Below are positions 9,344-17,512 of a stretch of DNA of 38,118 nucleotides, piece by piece; the first letter of the stretch is position 1, and every line of letters begins with the position of its first letter. A model generated the notes under the pieces. That model was not told the DNA's origin, made no database searches, and saw nothing but the letters and a program-made list of their open reading frames with translations. This stretch comes from a virus (Duplodnaviria; Caudoviricetes): positions 1 through 38,118 of IMG/VR virus record IMGVR_UViG_3300020599_000013, one strand, 5' to 3'. The position numbers and the translations under genes are program-made.

Positions 9344-9369
9344 CCCTTTCGCCCGCATGGGCACCTAAC

Positions 9370-9459
9370 ACGCAGCTAGGCCCGTACAGCCGAACGGCGG
9401 ATGTCGCTCATCCTTCCGCCCCGCTGCGTTCCTATTCGCCTGATGAGCGAGGTAACGAC
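9370..9459 (+). promoter_or_regulatory. Structured RNA leader (three-way junction) upstream of the KilA-N gene
   Basis: P1 ACGCAGC/GCTGCGT, P2 GGC/GCC, P3 GGCGGA/TCCGCC; the P3 loop TCGCTCATC is complementary to GATGAGCGA at 9442-9450, which overlaps the SD. Confidence 0.55.
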
Positions 9460-10218
9460 ATGAGCAACATCGTCCCGATGGATTTCGAAGGCCAGGCTAT
9501 CCGGTTCACTAGTGACGGGTGGATTCATGCGACCGAAGCAGCCAAGCGCTTCGGGAAAAGGCCGCAGCACTGGCTCGATACGGAGCAGACCGCCGAGTAT
9601 ATCCGCGAGGCTCTGGACGAACTTGCCGAGCAAGATCCAGAGATTTTTAAAAGCCGGAATCCCGACCTTTTAGTGGAGGTGCGCAAAGGCCGCTATGGCG
9701 GCACCTGGATTCATCCAGAGCTTGCCATCGAGTTCGCCCGCTGGCTTTCTCCCAAGTTCGCCCGCGCATGCGACCGCCACATCAAGGCCATGATCCGGTC
9801 GCAGTCCATCACCTACAGCGACGAACAGATCGTTGCCATGCTGACACTCACCGATGCGACGACATGGGAGAAACGATTCGCCGACCCGTTCTACAGGGCG
9901 CTCGGCCGGCTGACCAGCATGCCGTTTACCGGGCATGCCAGCGGAACGCCGCCGCTGTTCGGAAAGATTACTGCCGAATGGGTATATGGCGTTGCGCTGC
10001 CGAAGCCGGTTTACGAAGCTGCAAAATCTCGCTGCAGGGCAGGGGAGAAGATTCACCAATACCTGGCGGATGACGCACTCCGGGCAGTTGAGGCGCAACT
10101 GATCGCCATCACCGCTCTGGCCAATGGCTGCGTGGACTACCAGGACTTCGTGTCGCGCTGCACTGCGGCATACAAGCGCTACGGACAGCTCCGCCTGATC
10201 TACCCGCAAGCCGCCTAA
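9460..10218 (+). CDS. KilA-N domain protein with P63C-like C-terminus (antirepressor-like)
   Basis: GWIHATEAAKRFGKRPQHWL and GGTWIHPELAIEFARWLSPKF (KilA-N); WEKRF..PFY...FGKIT..WVY...KIHQYL (P63C-like). Confidence 0.85.
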   Translation: MSNIVPMDFEGQAIRFTSDGWIHATEAAKRFGKRPQHWLDTEQTAEYIREALDELAEQDPEIFKSRNPDLLVEVRKGRYGGTWIHPELAIEFARWLSPKFARACDRHIKAMIRSQSITYSDEQIVAMLTLTDATTWEKRFADPFYRALGRLTSMPFTGHASGTPPLFGKITAEWVYGVALPKPVYEAAKSRCRAGEKIHQYLADDALRAVEAQLIAITALANGCVDYQDFVSRCTAAYKRYGQLRLIYPQAA

Positions 10219-10235
10219 CCAAACCCGACGAACGA

Positions 10236-10266
10236 AAGCCCGCCAAGTGCGGGCTTCGTCATTTCT
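10236..10266 (+). terminator. Hairpin/terminator after the KilA-N gene
   Basis: AAGCCCGC-caagt-GCGGGCTT followed by cgtcatttct. Confidence 0.55.
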
Positions 10267-10281
10267 GGCCCAGGAGAATTT

Positions 10282-11109
10282 GTGCTCATCAAGGGAATGC
10301 TCGGCTTGGGCGACAATATCTACGCCAGGGCTTTCGTGAGGAAGTACCCGGGCGCATTCCTCGAAACACCATGGCCGGAGCTTTATCGCGGCCTCGATGT
10401 GAAGTGCGTTCGCCCGGCGACGCAGTTGAGAACCCAGGCCAAGAACATCCAGCGCGAGCACGACTGGCACCGCCCTGTCGGCGGCGGCCAACTGCGGATT
10501 GCCTACGGTCGTGATCCGATCATCCAGGGCCTGCGCAAGGCGTTCCGCTGCGAGCCTGGAGAATTCGACCTGCCGGACTTCGGGCCTTCGCCGGTCGAAG
10601 GTCGTTATGTCCTGGTGCGGCCGGCTACAGTGCGGGCTGAATGGCGCGCAGACACGCGCAACCCATTGCCCGAGTACATCGCCAGCGCCGCCGCGGAGAT
10701 GCGCCGCAGGGGCTGGAAAGTGGTTTCCGCGGCAGATCTGGAGCCGGGCAAGGAATGGGCGCTTGATCCGCTGCCGCCGGCGGACATCCAGTTCCACAAG
10801 GGCGAGCTTCCGGTGGAGCAACTGCTGGCGCTGCTCCAGCACGCCGATGCGGTAATTGGCGGTATCGGCTGGATCGTCCCGGCGGCCATCGCCGCCAAGG
10901 TTCCAGCTTGGATCATCTGTGGCGGGCAGGGCGGATACAACTCGCCCGAACACATCACCGACAAATGCATGGACCTGTCCCGCGTCACCTTCGCGGTTCC
11001 AGACAGGTTCTGCCACTGCACCCTGAAACAGCACAACTGCGACAAGAGAATCAGCGACTATGACGAACGCTTTGCCGCCTGGGCTGACCGACTGCCTGCT
11101 CTGGTCTGA
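10282..11109 (+). CDS. Putative glycosyltransferase, GT9 (heptosyltransferase-like, GT-B)
   Basis: GLGDNI at the N-terminus; LLALLQHADAVIGGIG..VPAAIAAKVPAWIICG resembles the GT9 C-terminal signature; terminal Cys cluster; RBS aggaga + GTG. Confidence 0.7.
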   Translation: MLIKGMLGLGDNIYARAFVRKYPGAFLETPWPELYRGLDVKCVRPATQLRTQAKNIQREHDWHRPVGGGQLRIAYGRDPIIQGLRKAFRCEPGEFDLPDFGPSPVEGRYVLVRPATVRAEWRADTRNPLPEYIASAAAEMRRRGWKVVSAADLEPGKEWALDPLPPADIQFHKGELPVEQLLALLQHADAVIGGIGWIVPAAIAAKVPAWIICGGQGGYNSPEHITDKCMDLSRVTFAVPDRFCHCTLKQHNCDKRISDYDERFAAWADRLPALV

Positions 11110-11671
11110 AGAGCTGGGCATGGGCTTTCACCCCCGCCAGCCGATGGACTATAGCGGGGAGTATTTCGCGAAGTACCAGAAGCTCGATGCTACGCCGATG
11201 GGTGAGGCGCTGACTCGCGCTCGCATTGAACTGGTCCGTCGCCACTTCGATGGCCAGGTGCTGGATATCGGTATCGGCGGCGGTCGCTTCGTCGAGGAAG
11301 CGGATGCTTTCGGTTTCGACGTGAATCCCGAGGCCCTGGCCTGGCTGCATGCCAATGGCCGCTACAAGAACCCGAACTTCGGCTGGCCGGCCATGACCTT
11401 CTGGGACAGCCTGGAGCATATCCCCGAGCCCGAGGTTGTGCTGAAGGGCATCGGTGAATGGGCCTTCGTCTCCATGCCGATCTACAAGGACGCCAAGGAC
11501 TGCCTGGCGAGCAAGCACTACAAGCCCGGGGAACACCTGCATTACTTCACGCTGGAAGGTTTCATCACCTGGATGGACCGCCAAGGCTTCGAGGTCATGG
11601 AGATCAACCACGCCGAATCCGAGCTTGGCCGGGAAGGCATCACCTCCTTTGCGTTCCGCCGTCATGGCTGA
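11060..11671 (+). CDS. Class I SAM-dependent methyltransferase (glycan-associated type)
   Basis: VLDIGIGGG motif I, TFWDSLEHIPEP, EHLHYFT; overlaps both neighbours. Exact start uncertain. Confidence 0.85.
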   Translation: MTNALPPGLTDCLLWSEELGMGFHPRQPMDYSGEYFAKYQKLDATPMGEALTRARIELVRRHFDGQVLDIGIGGGRFVEEADAFGFDVNPEALAWLHANGRYKNPNFGWPAMTFWDSLEHIPEPEVVLKGIGEWAFVSMPIYKDAKDCLASKHYKPGEHLHYFTLEGFITWMDRQGFEVMEINHAESELGREGITSFAFRRHG

Positions 11672-12161
11672 CACCGTTGAATTCAAAATCGAGGGGCTGG
11701 AAAGCCTGCTCGGGAAGCTCGATGAGATCAGCTATGACGTGAAGCGAAGAGGCGGACGGTCCTCGTTGAGGAAGGCTGCGCGCGTGATCGTCGCTAAGGC
11801 TAAAGAAGGTGCCCAAAAGATCGATGATCCGGGTACGCCAGCCAACATTGCCGCGAACATCACCGAGCGTTGGTCAAGCCGTAGATTCAAGACTACGGGA
11901 GATTTGATGTTCCGGGTTGGTGTCATGGGTGGCGCCGGCGGCAAAGCAAAATCCTCGCAATACGAAAACCTACCCGGCAAGGACACAAGGCACTGGCGCT
12001 TTCTAGAGTTTGGCACCGAGAAGATGCAGGCACAGCCGTTCATGCGCTCCGCGCTCGCCGATAACATCAGTGAGATCACCGGCACCTTCGTCACCGAATA
12101 CGAAAAGGCTATCGACCGCGCCATTAAGCGTGCGAAGAAGAAGGCCGCACAGGGGGCGTGA
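11664..12161 (+). CDS. HK97 gp10-family tail completion protein (start corrected to MADTVEF)
   Basis: IEGLESLLGKL, HWRFLEFGTEKMQAQPFMRSAL; ATG at 11664 overlaps the MTase stop. Confidence 0.9.
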   Translation: MADTVEFKIEGLESLLGKLDEISYDVKRRGGRSSLRKAARVIVAKAKEGAQKIDDPGTPANIAANITERWSSRRFKTTGDLMFRVGVMGGAGGKAKSSQYENLPGKDTRHWRFLEFGTEKMQAQPFMRSALADNISEITGTFVTEYEKAIDRAIKRAKKKAAQGA

Positions 12162-12523
12162 TGTTTCCACCGATCTTCGAGGTTTGCGCTGCCAATTCCG
12201 CGGTCAAAATGGCCCTTGGCAATCCCCCTCGTATCTATCCATTCGGCGAGGCAGAGCAGGGCACGCCTAAGCCCTATGCAGTCTGGCAGACCATTTCTGG
12301 ATCTCCGGAAAACTACCTCGCCCAGCGTCCAGATATCGATAGCTTCACTCTCCAGGTCGACGTTTACGCAGGCACAGCCGCAGACGCGAGAACCTGCGCA
12401 CGAGCCATTCGCGATGCAATCGAACCCCGGGCATATGTGGTGCGCTGGAATGGGGAAATGCGAGATCCAGACACAAAAAGCTACCGCGTCAGTTTCGACG
12501 TTGATTGGTGGACGCCAAGATGA
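12158..12523 (+). CDS. Tail terminator protein (DUF3168-like)
   Basis: RIYPFG, PYAVWQTISGSPENYL, LQVDVYA, YRVSFD. Confidence 0.85.
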   Translation: MMFPPIFEVCAANSAVKMALGNPPRIYPFGEAEQGTPKPYAVWQTISGSPENYLAQRPDIDSFTLQVDVYAGTAADARTCARAIRDAIEPRAYVVRWNGEMRDPDTKSYRVSFDVDWWTPR

Positions 12524-12612
12524 GTGACATCACCAAAGAGTTGCACAGAAACCTAATCCGAGCAGCCAAGGCAGCTATCGCAGCCTGGGAGCGCTGGCTC
12601 GAAAAGAACTAG
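12520..12612 (+). CDS. 30-aa amphipathic peptide MSDITKELHRNLIRAAKAAIAAWERWLEKN (not in ORF track)
   Basis: ATGA overlap with the upstream stop; SD-like ggtgga; clean helical periodicity. Confidence 0.6.
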   Translation: MSDITKELHRNLIRAAKAAIAAWERWLEKN

Positions 12613-12629
12613 TAACACCAACCGACTCA

Positions 12630-12710
12630 CCGGGCACGCTGACCAGACACGCCGAAAGGCCCCTCTGATCGACACGCCTCCCCGGATCTGACAAATCCGA
12701 GGAGATATTT
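12630..12710 (+). promoter_or_regulatory. Structured leader with 3x CACGC and alternative SD-sequestering fold, upstream of the tail tube gene
   Basis: CCGGG(12630-34)/CCCGG(12681-85) competes with the CTCC-c-CGGAT/ATCCG-a-GGAG hairpin; inner CAGA/TCTG and GCC-gaaa-GGC. Confidence 0.55.
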
Positions 12711-13208
12711 ATGAGCGTGTTAACTCAAGGGACTCAGATTTTCTTCATCGATCCCAATTTCGACAGCAACGGTCCGGATGTCCGCGAGGTGGAGTGCGCC
12801 ACCACGTTCAGCCCGGGCGGTAACCCTGCCGATCAGATCGAGGACACTTGCCTATCCGCTACCACGCGCAGCTACAAGCCGGGCCTGCGCACCCCTGGAC
12901 AGGCAAGCCTGGGCCTCAATGCCGATCCTGAGAACGACTCGCACGTTCGCCTGCATGAGCTGAGCGAGACCGATCCGGCGCCGACGCTGAAGTGGGCGGT
13001 AGGTTGGGCAGATGGCACCTCGCTCCCGACCATCACCGGCCCGGACAGCAATGGCGACTACGACTTCGGCCTGCCGACGGATCGCACCTGGTTCGTCTTC
13101 GAGGGCTACGTCTCGGACTTCCCGTTCGACTTCGCAGCCAACACCGTCGTGACCACCACGGCAACAATTCAGCGCTCGGGCGGTTCCGCCTGGATTCGGA
13201 AGGTATAA
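12711..13208 (+). CDS. Major tail tube protein
   Basis: [39 protein letters not shown]. Confidence 0.9.
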   Translation: MSVLTQGTQIFFIDPNFDSNGPDVREVECATTFSPGGNPADQIEDTCLSATTRSYKPGLRTPGQASLGLNADPENDSHVRLHELSETDPAPTLKWAVGWADGTSLPTITGPDSNGDYDFGLPTDRTWFVFEGYVSDFPFDFAANTVVTTTATIQRSGGSAWIRKV

Positions 13209-13211
13209 CCC

Positions 13212-13571
13212 ATGTTGCTGAGCATAGATTCCCTGAAAGAACTGGGCGCCTTCACCGGCGCCCCGGTCGAGAAGGAAATCACCTGGAAACAGGGTGACAA
13301 GGAACTGACTGCCACGGTCTACGTCCGGCCGCTCTCCTACAGTTCTGCCGTATCTGACCTGATGGCCATCAACGGCAAGGTGGATGGCGTAGCTGGTCGC
13401 ATCGCGGCGAGCATCGTCGATGCCGAGGGCAAGCCGGTCTTCACTCCCGGCGACATCACCGGCGAAGCCGATCCCGCCCGCGGCGCCCTGGATGGCAACC
13501 TGACGGTAGCGCTCCTGAGTGTGATCGCCGAGGTAAACAACATGGGAAAGACGCCGAGCTCAGCGAGCTAG
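13212..13571 (+). CDS. Tail assembly chaperone (gpG analogue)
   Basis: Lies between tail tube and tape measure; ends with a G GGA AAG slippery site. Confidence 0.85.
   Translation: MLLSIDSLKELGAFTGAPVEKEITWKQGDKELTATVYVRPLSYSSAVSDLMAINGKVDGVAGRIAASIVDAEGKPVFTPGDITGEADPARGALDGNLTVALLSVIAEVNNMGKTPSSAS
13544..13550 (+). promoter_or_regulatory. Programmed -1 frameshift heptamer GGGAAAG
   Basis: Same heptamer as lambda G/T, in the correct codon phase; the -1 frame is open to 13852. Confidence 0.85.
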
Positions 13572-13852
13572 ATGAGCTCTGGCACGAACTGGTCCTGTGC
13601 GGGGTTGGCGGCAGGACCATCGCTGAAGCCCAGCAGCGGCTGAGCTATCGGGAGTTCATGGCCTGGAGTCGGTATCGGGCAAAGCGCGGAACACTGCATG
13701 TCGGCATGAGGATTGAGCGCGGATCGGCACTACTGGCCACGCTCTACGCCAACAGCCACAGCAAGAACGGCGGGTTCAAGCTCTACGACTTCATGCCGCA
13801 TGAGTCGGAGCCGGTACTGACGCTGGAGCAAGCTATGGAGACGTGGCATTAG
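13550..13852 (+). CDS. Frameshift extension of the tail chaperone (gpT analogue): DAELSELDELWHELVLCGVGGRTIAEAQ...METWH
   Basis: Open -1 frame that contains the tracked ORF 13658-13852. Confidence 0.8.
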   Translation, partial: DAELSELDELWHELVLCGVGGRTIAEAQQRLSYREFMAWSRYRAKRGTLHVGMRIERGSALLATLYANSHSKNGGFKLYDFMPHESEPVLTLEQAMETWH

Positions 13853-14526
13853 TCTCCAGTTGGTAGATTCAGCATCACGCCGAGATGTTTTTTGTCGCCA
13901 TAGCCGCCGATGAGCTTGGCTTTGCATTCAAGGTTCATCACGCCCGTAACGCCATATGCATTTCGCATTTGTCTTACGAACTCTGCGGCGGACTCCCTTG
14001 GAAGGAAGCCGACTTTCATGCCCTGGATATAGACGGCACAGGCGTTTCGGTCATAAGGGTTGTCGGGTTCTGTGACGATGAACGCCTGATGTTCATTGTC
14101 ATATTTCATGTCCGTCGAATTACGGATCATGCGCAGCGCTGGCTGGTAATGCGATTCGCCAACCACATGGAAATCGAATCCCCGTGCTCCTCTGATCACA
14201 CCAGTAAGCGGAGGCAACTCAACTGGTGAAGGAGCATTCAGACGCTTGCCTTTGGGAGGTGGTGGAGGCGTCGTCTTCCGCTTGACCTGCGGAATGGCTA
14301 TTGGAGACGGAATTGGATTACTCGCCTTTCCCTTCTGCTTAGCAGCAGAGGCTTCTGTCCAGACGGAGCGCAAATACCCGGCAGCCTTTGAGATTTTCGT
14401 GGCTATGGGCGCCAGCGAATCGCGCATCTTTTCTGCGCTGCCACCGCCTTCAGTGAGCCAGAAGAACAGGCACAGCATCGCGATGATGAACAATGCGCCT
14501 ATGGCGAGGAAGGTGATTGCGCTCAT
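13849..14526 (-). CDS. Moron: membrane-anchored HIRAN-domain protein
   Basis: RBS aaggagagg before MSAITF; N-terminal TM, Pro/Lys linker, then VVGESHYQ...EPDNPYDRNACAV..GMKVGFLPR (HIRAN-like). Confidence 0.75.
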   Translation of the reverse strand: MSAITFLAIGALFIIAMLCLFFWLTEGGGSAEKMRDSLAPIATKISKAAGYLRSVWTEASAAKQKGKASNPIPSPIAIPQVKRKTTPPPPPKGKRLNAPSPVELPPLTGVIRGARGFDFHVVGESHYQPALRMIRNSTDMKYDNEHQAFIVTEPDNPYDRNACAVYIQGMKVGFLPRESAAEFVRQMRNAYGVTGVMNLECKAKLIGGYGDKKHLGVMLNLPTGD

Positions 14527-14671
14527 GGCCTCTCCTTGGCTGTTATTCGTCAATCTTCAGGCTGGGTTAGATGATGGCTCGGCGCAATGATGGGCGCAAG
14601 AAGGCTTGATGCCCTGCCTGTGCTAGATGCTGGCGCTATGCTAGATTCCGACCGGTCTATGACTGGGAGGG

Positions 14672-14866
14672 ATGCAAATGGCCGTACAAATTGAGCAAAC
14701 ATCTAAGCGCTACAAAGGAAGGATGCTGATTGGAGGGCTGCTTTTCTGTGTCGGCATGATAATGGCCATGGCGGCAGAATCCCCGATATGGGGGGTAGGT
14801 GTAATGGTAATTGGGTTAGTCGTTTATTTTTCCGGCAGGCTAGGGGCCTGGTGGAACCATGGATGA
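14672..14866 (+). CDS. Moron: small 2-TM membrane protein
   Basis: RBS gggaggg; two hydrophobic segments; lower GC; divergent from the HIRAN gene. Confidence 0.7.
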   Translation: MQMAVQIEQTSKRYKGRMLIGGLLFCVGMIMAMAAESPIWGVGVMVIGLVVYFSGRLGAWWNHG

Positions 14867-14882
14867 TTAACATCGAATTTGC

Positions 14883-14906
14883 AAAACCCGCTTCGGCGGG
14901 TTTTTT
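14883..14906 (+). terminator. Intrinsic terminator, probably bidirectional
   Basis: AAAA-CCCGC-ttcg-GCGGG-TTTTTT. Confidence 0.85.
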
Positions 14907-14923
14907 AATGCCTGGAGAAAAGC

Positions 14924-17512
14924 ATGGCCTCGAAAAGCCTGGGAACCCTGACGCTTGACCTGATCGCCCAGGTAGGCGGGTTCGTGTCCGGCATGAGTGC
15001 AGCCGAACGCAGCTCCCAGAAGTGGCGAAAAGAAGTCGAGAAGAATGCCAAGGCCGCAGGCGTGGCCATTGGCGGGGCTGTGGCTGCCGGGGTTACTGCT
15101 CTGACGGCAATCACCATCAGTTCGATTAACTCAGCCAAGGAAATCACCAATCTATCCAGCGTGGCCAACGCCAGTACGACAGAGTTTCAGAAGTATGCGG
15201 CTGGGGCAAAGCTGGTCGGTATCGAGCAGGACAAGCTCGCCGACATCTTCAAGGACGTGAACGATAAGGTCGGGGACTTCCTCAACACTGGCGGCGGCGC
15301 GCTGCAAGACTTCTTCACTAACGTCGCGCCAAAGGTTGGTGTGACTGCCGATCAGTTCCGCAACCTATCCGGACCTCAAGCGCTGGGCCTGTATGTGTCC
15401 AGCCTGGAAAAGGCGAAGGTCAGCCAGTCGGACATGACCTTCTACCTTGAAGCCATCGCCAGCGATGCGACTGCGCTTCTTCCTCTCCTTCGTAACAACT
15501 CTGAGGGCTTCAATACGCTCGGCGCTGCCGCTGAAGCGGCTGGCGCGATCATGGACGAGAAGACCATCAAGGCCAGCAACGATCTTGCAGCCGCCCAATG
15601 GCTGATCGAACAGAGCACAACTGGTCTGAAGAACCAGCTCACAGCTCAACTGATCCCGGTCCTTAGCGACTTCGCGGATGAACTGTTCGGCGTCACCAAG
15701 CAAGGCACTGCAATGGTCGGCGTAGGTGAGTTTGTAGTCAGTACCATCAAGTGGATGGCGAAGGCAGCCGTCGGCGCAGTTGGGGCTTTTGACCTGCTAG
15801 GAAAGGGTATCGGCGGCTACGCTGCAACGGTTGCGGCTGGATTCAAAGATGCGGACTGGACGGACTTTGCGACTGGCCCGATTGGTCTGGCGCATCTTCT
15901 CTATAAAAACCGGGAAGATATTCAAACTACTGTCTCTGGGATTGGAGATGATCTAAGCGCCACGGCGCAGAAGTATGCGGGGTTCCTGGAGGACATTGAC
16001 AAGGCCGGTAGTGGTGGGACGAACGGAAAGATCAAGGAGCTTGGCGATCTCCTGGCGAAACTGCGCGAGCAGAGCAACACTCCCGGCACTTTCAAAGCCC
16101 TAACTAACGACCAGAAGGCCGCGCAGAAGGCGGCAGAGCCGGCTGCCAAAGCTCTGCAGAACCAGTTCGATCAGGCAGAAACTGGATATGAGCGGCAGAT
16201 AGCTCTGATCAACACCGAGGTGGACAAGCGCAAGGATGCCACCGAAGTCGCCAAGCTCCAGTTCGAAATCGAGTCGGGCAAGCTGAAAGGCATCAACGCC
16301 CAGCAGCAGGAGCGTCTAAATGGCTTGGCTGCTGAACTGGATAGGCTCAAGAAGCTTAAGCAAGCCAATGAGGATGCGGCCAAGGCTGCTGCATTCGGCT
16401 CTACCTTGGATCAAGAAAATAGTACCGCAGCGGCAGGGTTTGATATCGAGCTTGCTGGCGCAGGCATGGGCGATAAATATCGTGCTCGCCTTCAAGAGCT
16501 ACTTCAAATCAGGCAGAGCTATAACGAAAAACAAGCCGATCTAAACAAACAGTACAATTCTGGCGAAATCAGCAAGGAACTCTACGACAAGGAAACTTCG
16601 CTGCTCCAGGAAGCTATGGGCGAACGCCTGAAGATCCAGGAGGATTACTACGCTAAAGTCGATGAAGCTCAGAAGAACTGGCAGGATGGCGTCAGCGATG
16701 CATTCCAGAATTATGTCGATAGCGCAACGGACTACAGCCGCCAAGCCGCTGATGCTGTCTCTGGAGTTCTAGGTGATGCAACTAGCGGATTAAGCGATGG
16801 AATATATGGACTCATCACCCAGACCGAAGACCTGAACGATGCTTTGGCTAATGTAGCAACCACGATAGGCCAGTCGATAATCAAAGCCATTTCTGATATG
16901 GCCGCACAGTGGCTGATTTATCAGGCCCTTGAGCTTGCCGGGGTGCAGACCAATACCGCCGCGAAGATCGCTGGCGCGCAGGCAGCTGCATCAGCCCAGA
17001 TCGCTGCCATCAGCGCTACGACCACTGCCGCAGCCACCGCGACTACCGCCACGACTGCAACCCAGACCGCCGCAGCCGCAGAGACCGCCGCGGCGTGGAC
17101 GCCGGCTGCAATCGCATCCTCCATCGGGTCATTCGGTACCGCAGCCGCTATCGGTTTGGCTGCCGTGGTTGCCGCGCTCGCCTTCAAGGGCGGGTTCAAG
17201 AAGGGTGGCTATACCGGCGATGCCGGGGTGAACGATGTCGCCGGCGTGGTTCACGGCAAGGAGTTCGTTTTCGACGCCGCGGCGACCTCCAGGATTGGCG
17301 TTGATAACCTAGAGGCCCTACGCGCCGGCAAGCTGGACACATCAATTGGCAAGGCGAGTGCCGCGATGATCGCTGCGAACAATGACAATCGCAGCACCGT
17401 CATCAACTTCTACCAGCAAGGCGGTGGTAGTTCGCGCGAACAGCAGGCCAGCACTGCCAAAGCAGCACGCCAGATCGCTCGCGCAGTCGATGCGGCCGGG
17501 AGGTATAGCTGA
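14924..17512 (+). CDS. Tail tape measure protein
   Basis: 862 aa, Ala-rich and helical; LGTLTLDLIA N-terminus; GGYTG...AGVVHGKEFV near the C-terminus. Confidence 0.95.
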   Translation: MASKSLGTLTLDLIAQVGGFVSGMSAAERSSQKWRKEVEKNAKAAGVAIGGAVAAGVTALTAITISSINSAKEITNLSSVANASTTEFQKYAAGAKLVGIEQDKLADIFKDVNDKVGDFLNTGGGALQDFFTNVAPKVGVTADQFRNLSGPQALGLYVSSLEKAKVSQSDMTFYLEAIASDATALLPLLRNNSEGFNTLGAAAEAAGAIMDEKTIKASNDLAAAQWLIEQSTTGLKNQLTAQLIPVLSDFADELFGVTKQGTAMVGVGEFVVSTIKWMAKAAVGAVGAFDLLGKGIGGYAATVAAGFKDADWTDFATGPIGLAHLLYKNREDIQTTVSGIGDDLSATAQKYAGFLEDIDKAGSGGTNGKIKELGDLLAKLREQSNTPGTFKALTNDQKAAQKAAEPAAKALQNQFDQAETGYERQIALINTEVDKRKDATEVAKLQFEIESGKLKGINAQQQERLNGLAAELDRLKKLKQANEDAAKAAAFGSTLDQENSTAAAGFDIELAGAGMGDKYRARLQELLQIRQSYNEKQADLNKQYNSGEISKELYDKETSLLQEAMGERLKIQEDYYAKVDEAQKNWQDGVSDAFQNYVDSATDYSRQAADAVSGVLGDATSGLSDGIYGLITQTEDLNDALANVATTIGQSIIKAISDMAAQWLIYQALELAGVQTNTAAKIAGAQAAASAQIAAISATTTAAATATTATTATQTAAAAETAAAWTPAAIASSIGSFGTAAAIGLAAVVAALAFKGGFKKGGYTGDAGVNDVAGVVHGKEFVFDAAATSRIGVDNLEALRAGKLDTSIGKASAAMIAANNDNRSTVINFYQQGGGSSREQQASTAKAARQIARAVDAAGRYS

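Noticed and set aside
9361-9430. tRNA or twister ribozyme in the KilA-N leader
   Set aside because: No T-loop (TTCRA), D-loop or CCA; CCTAACAC resembles a twister 5' segment but the other conserved core elements are missing.
9670-11121. 483-aa antisense ORF across KilA-N and GT9
   Set aside because: Spans two unrelated + strand genes and a terminator; composition is not protein-like.
11454-11663. N-terminal extensions in the ORF track (also 19573, 25892, 26220, 28773, 31080, 33713, 35466, 37346)
   Set aside because: They overlap upstream genes; downstream starts with an RBS or a stop/start overlap fit better.
8783-11671. Classical O-antigen seroconversion cassette
   Set aside because: No membrane proteins (Gtr, Wzy or Oac types) and it is embedded in late structural genes. 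Disfavoured, not fully excluded.
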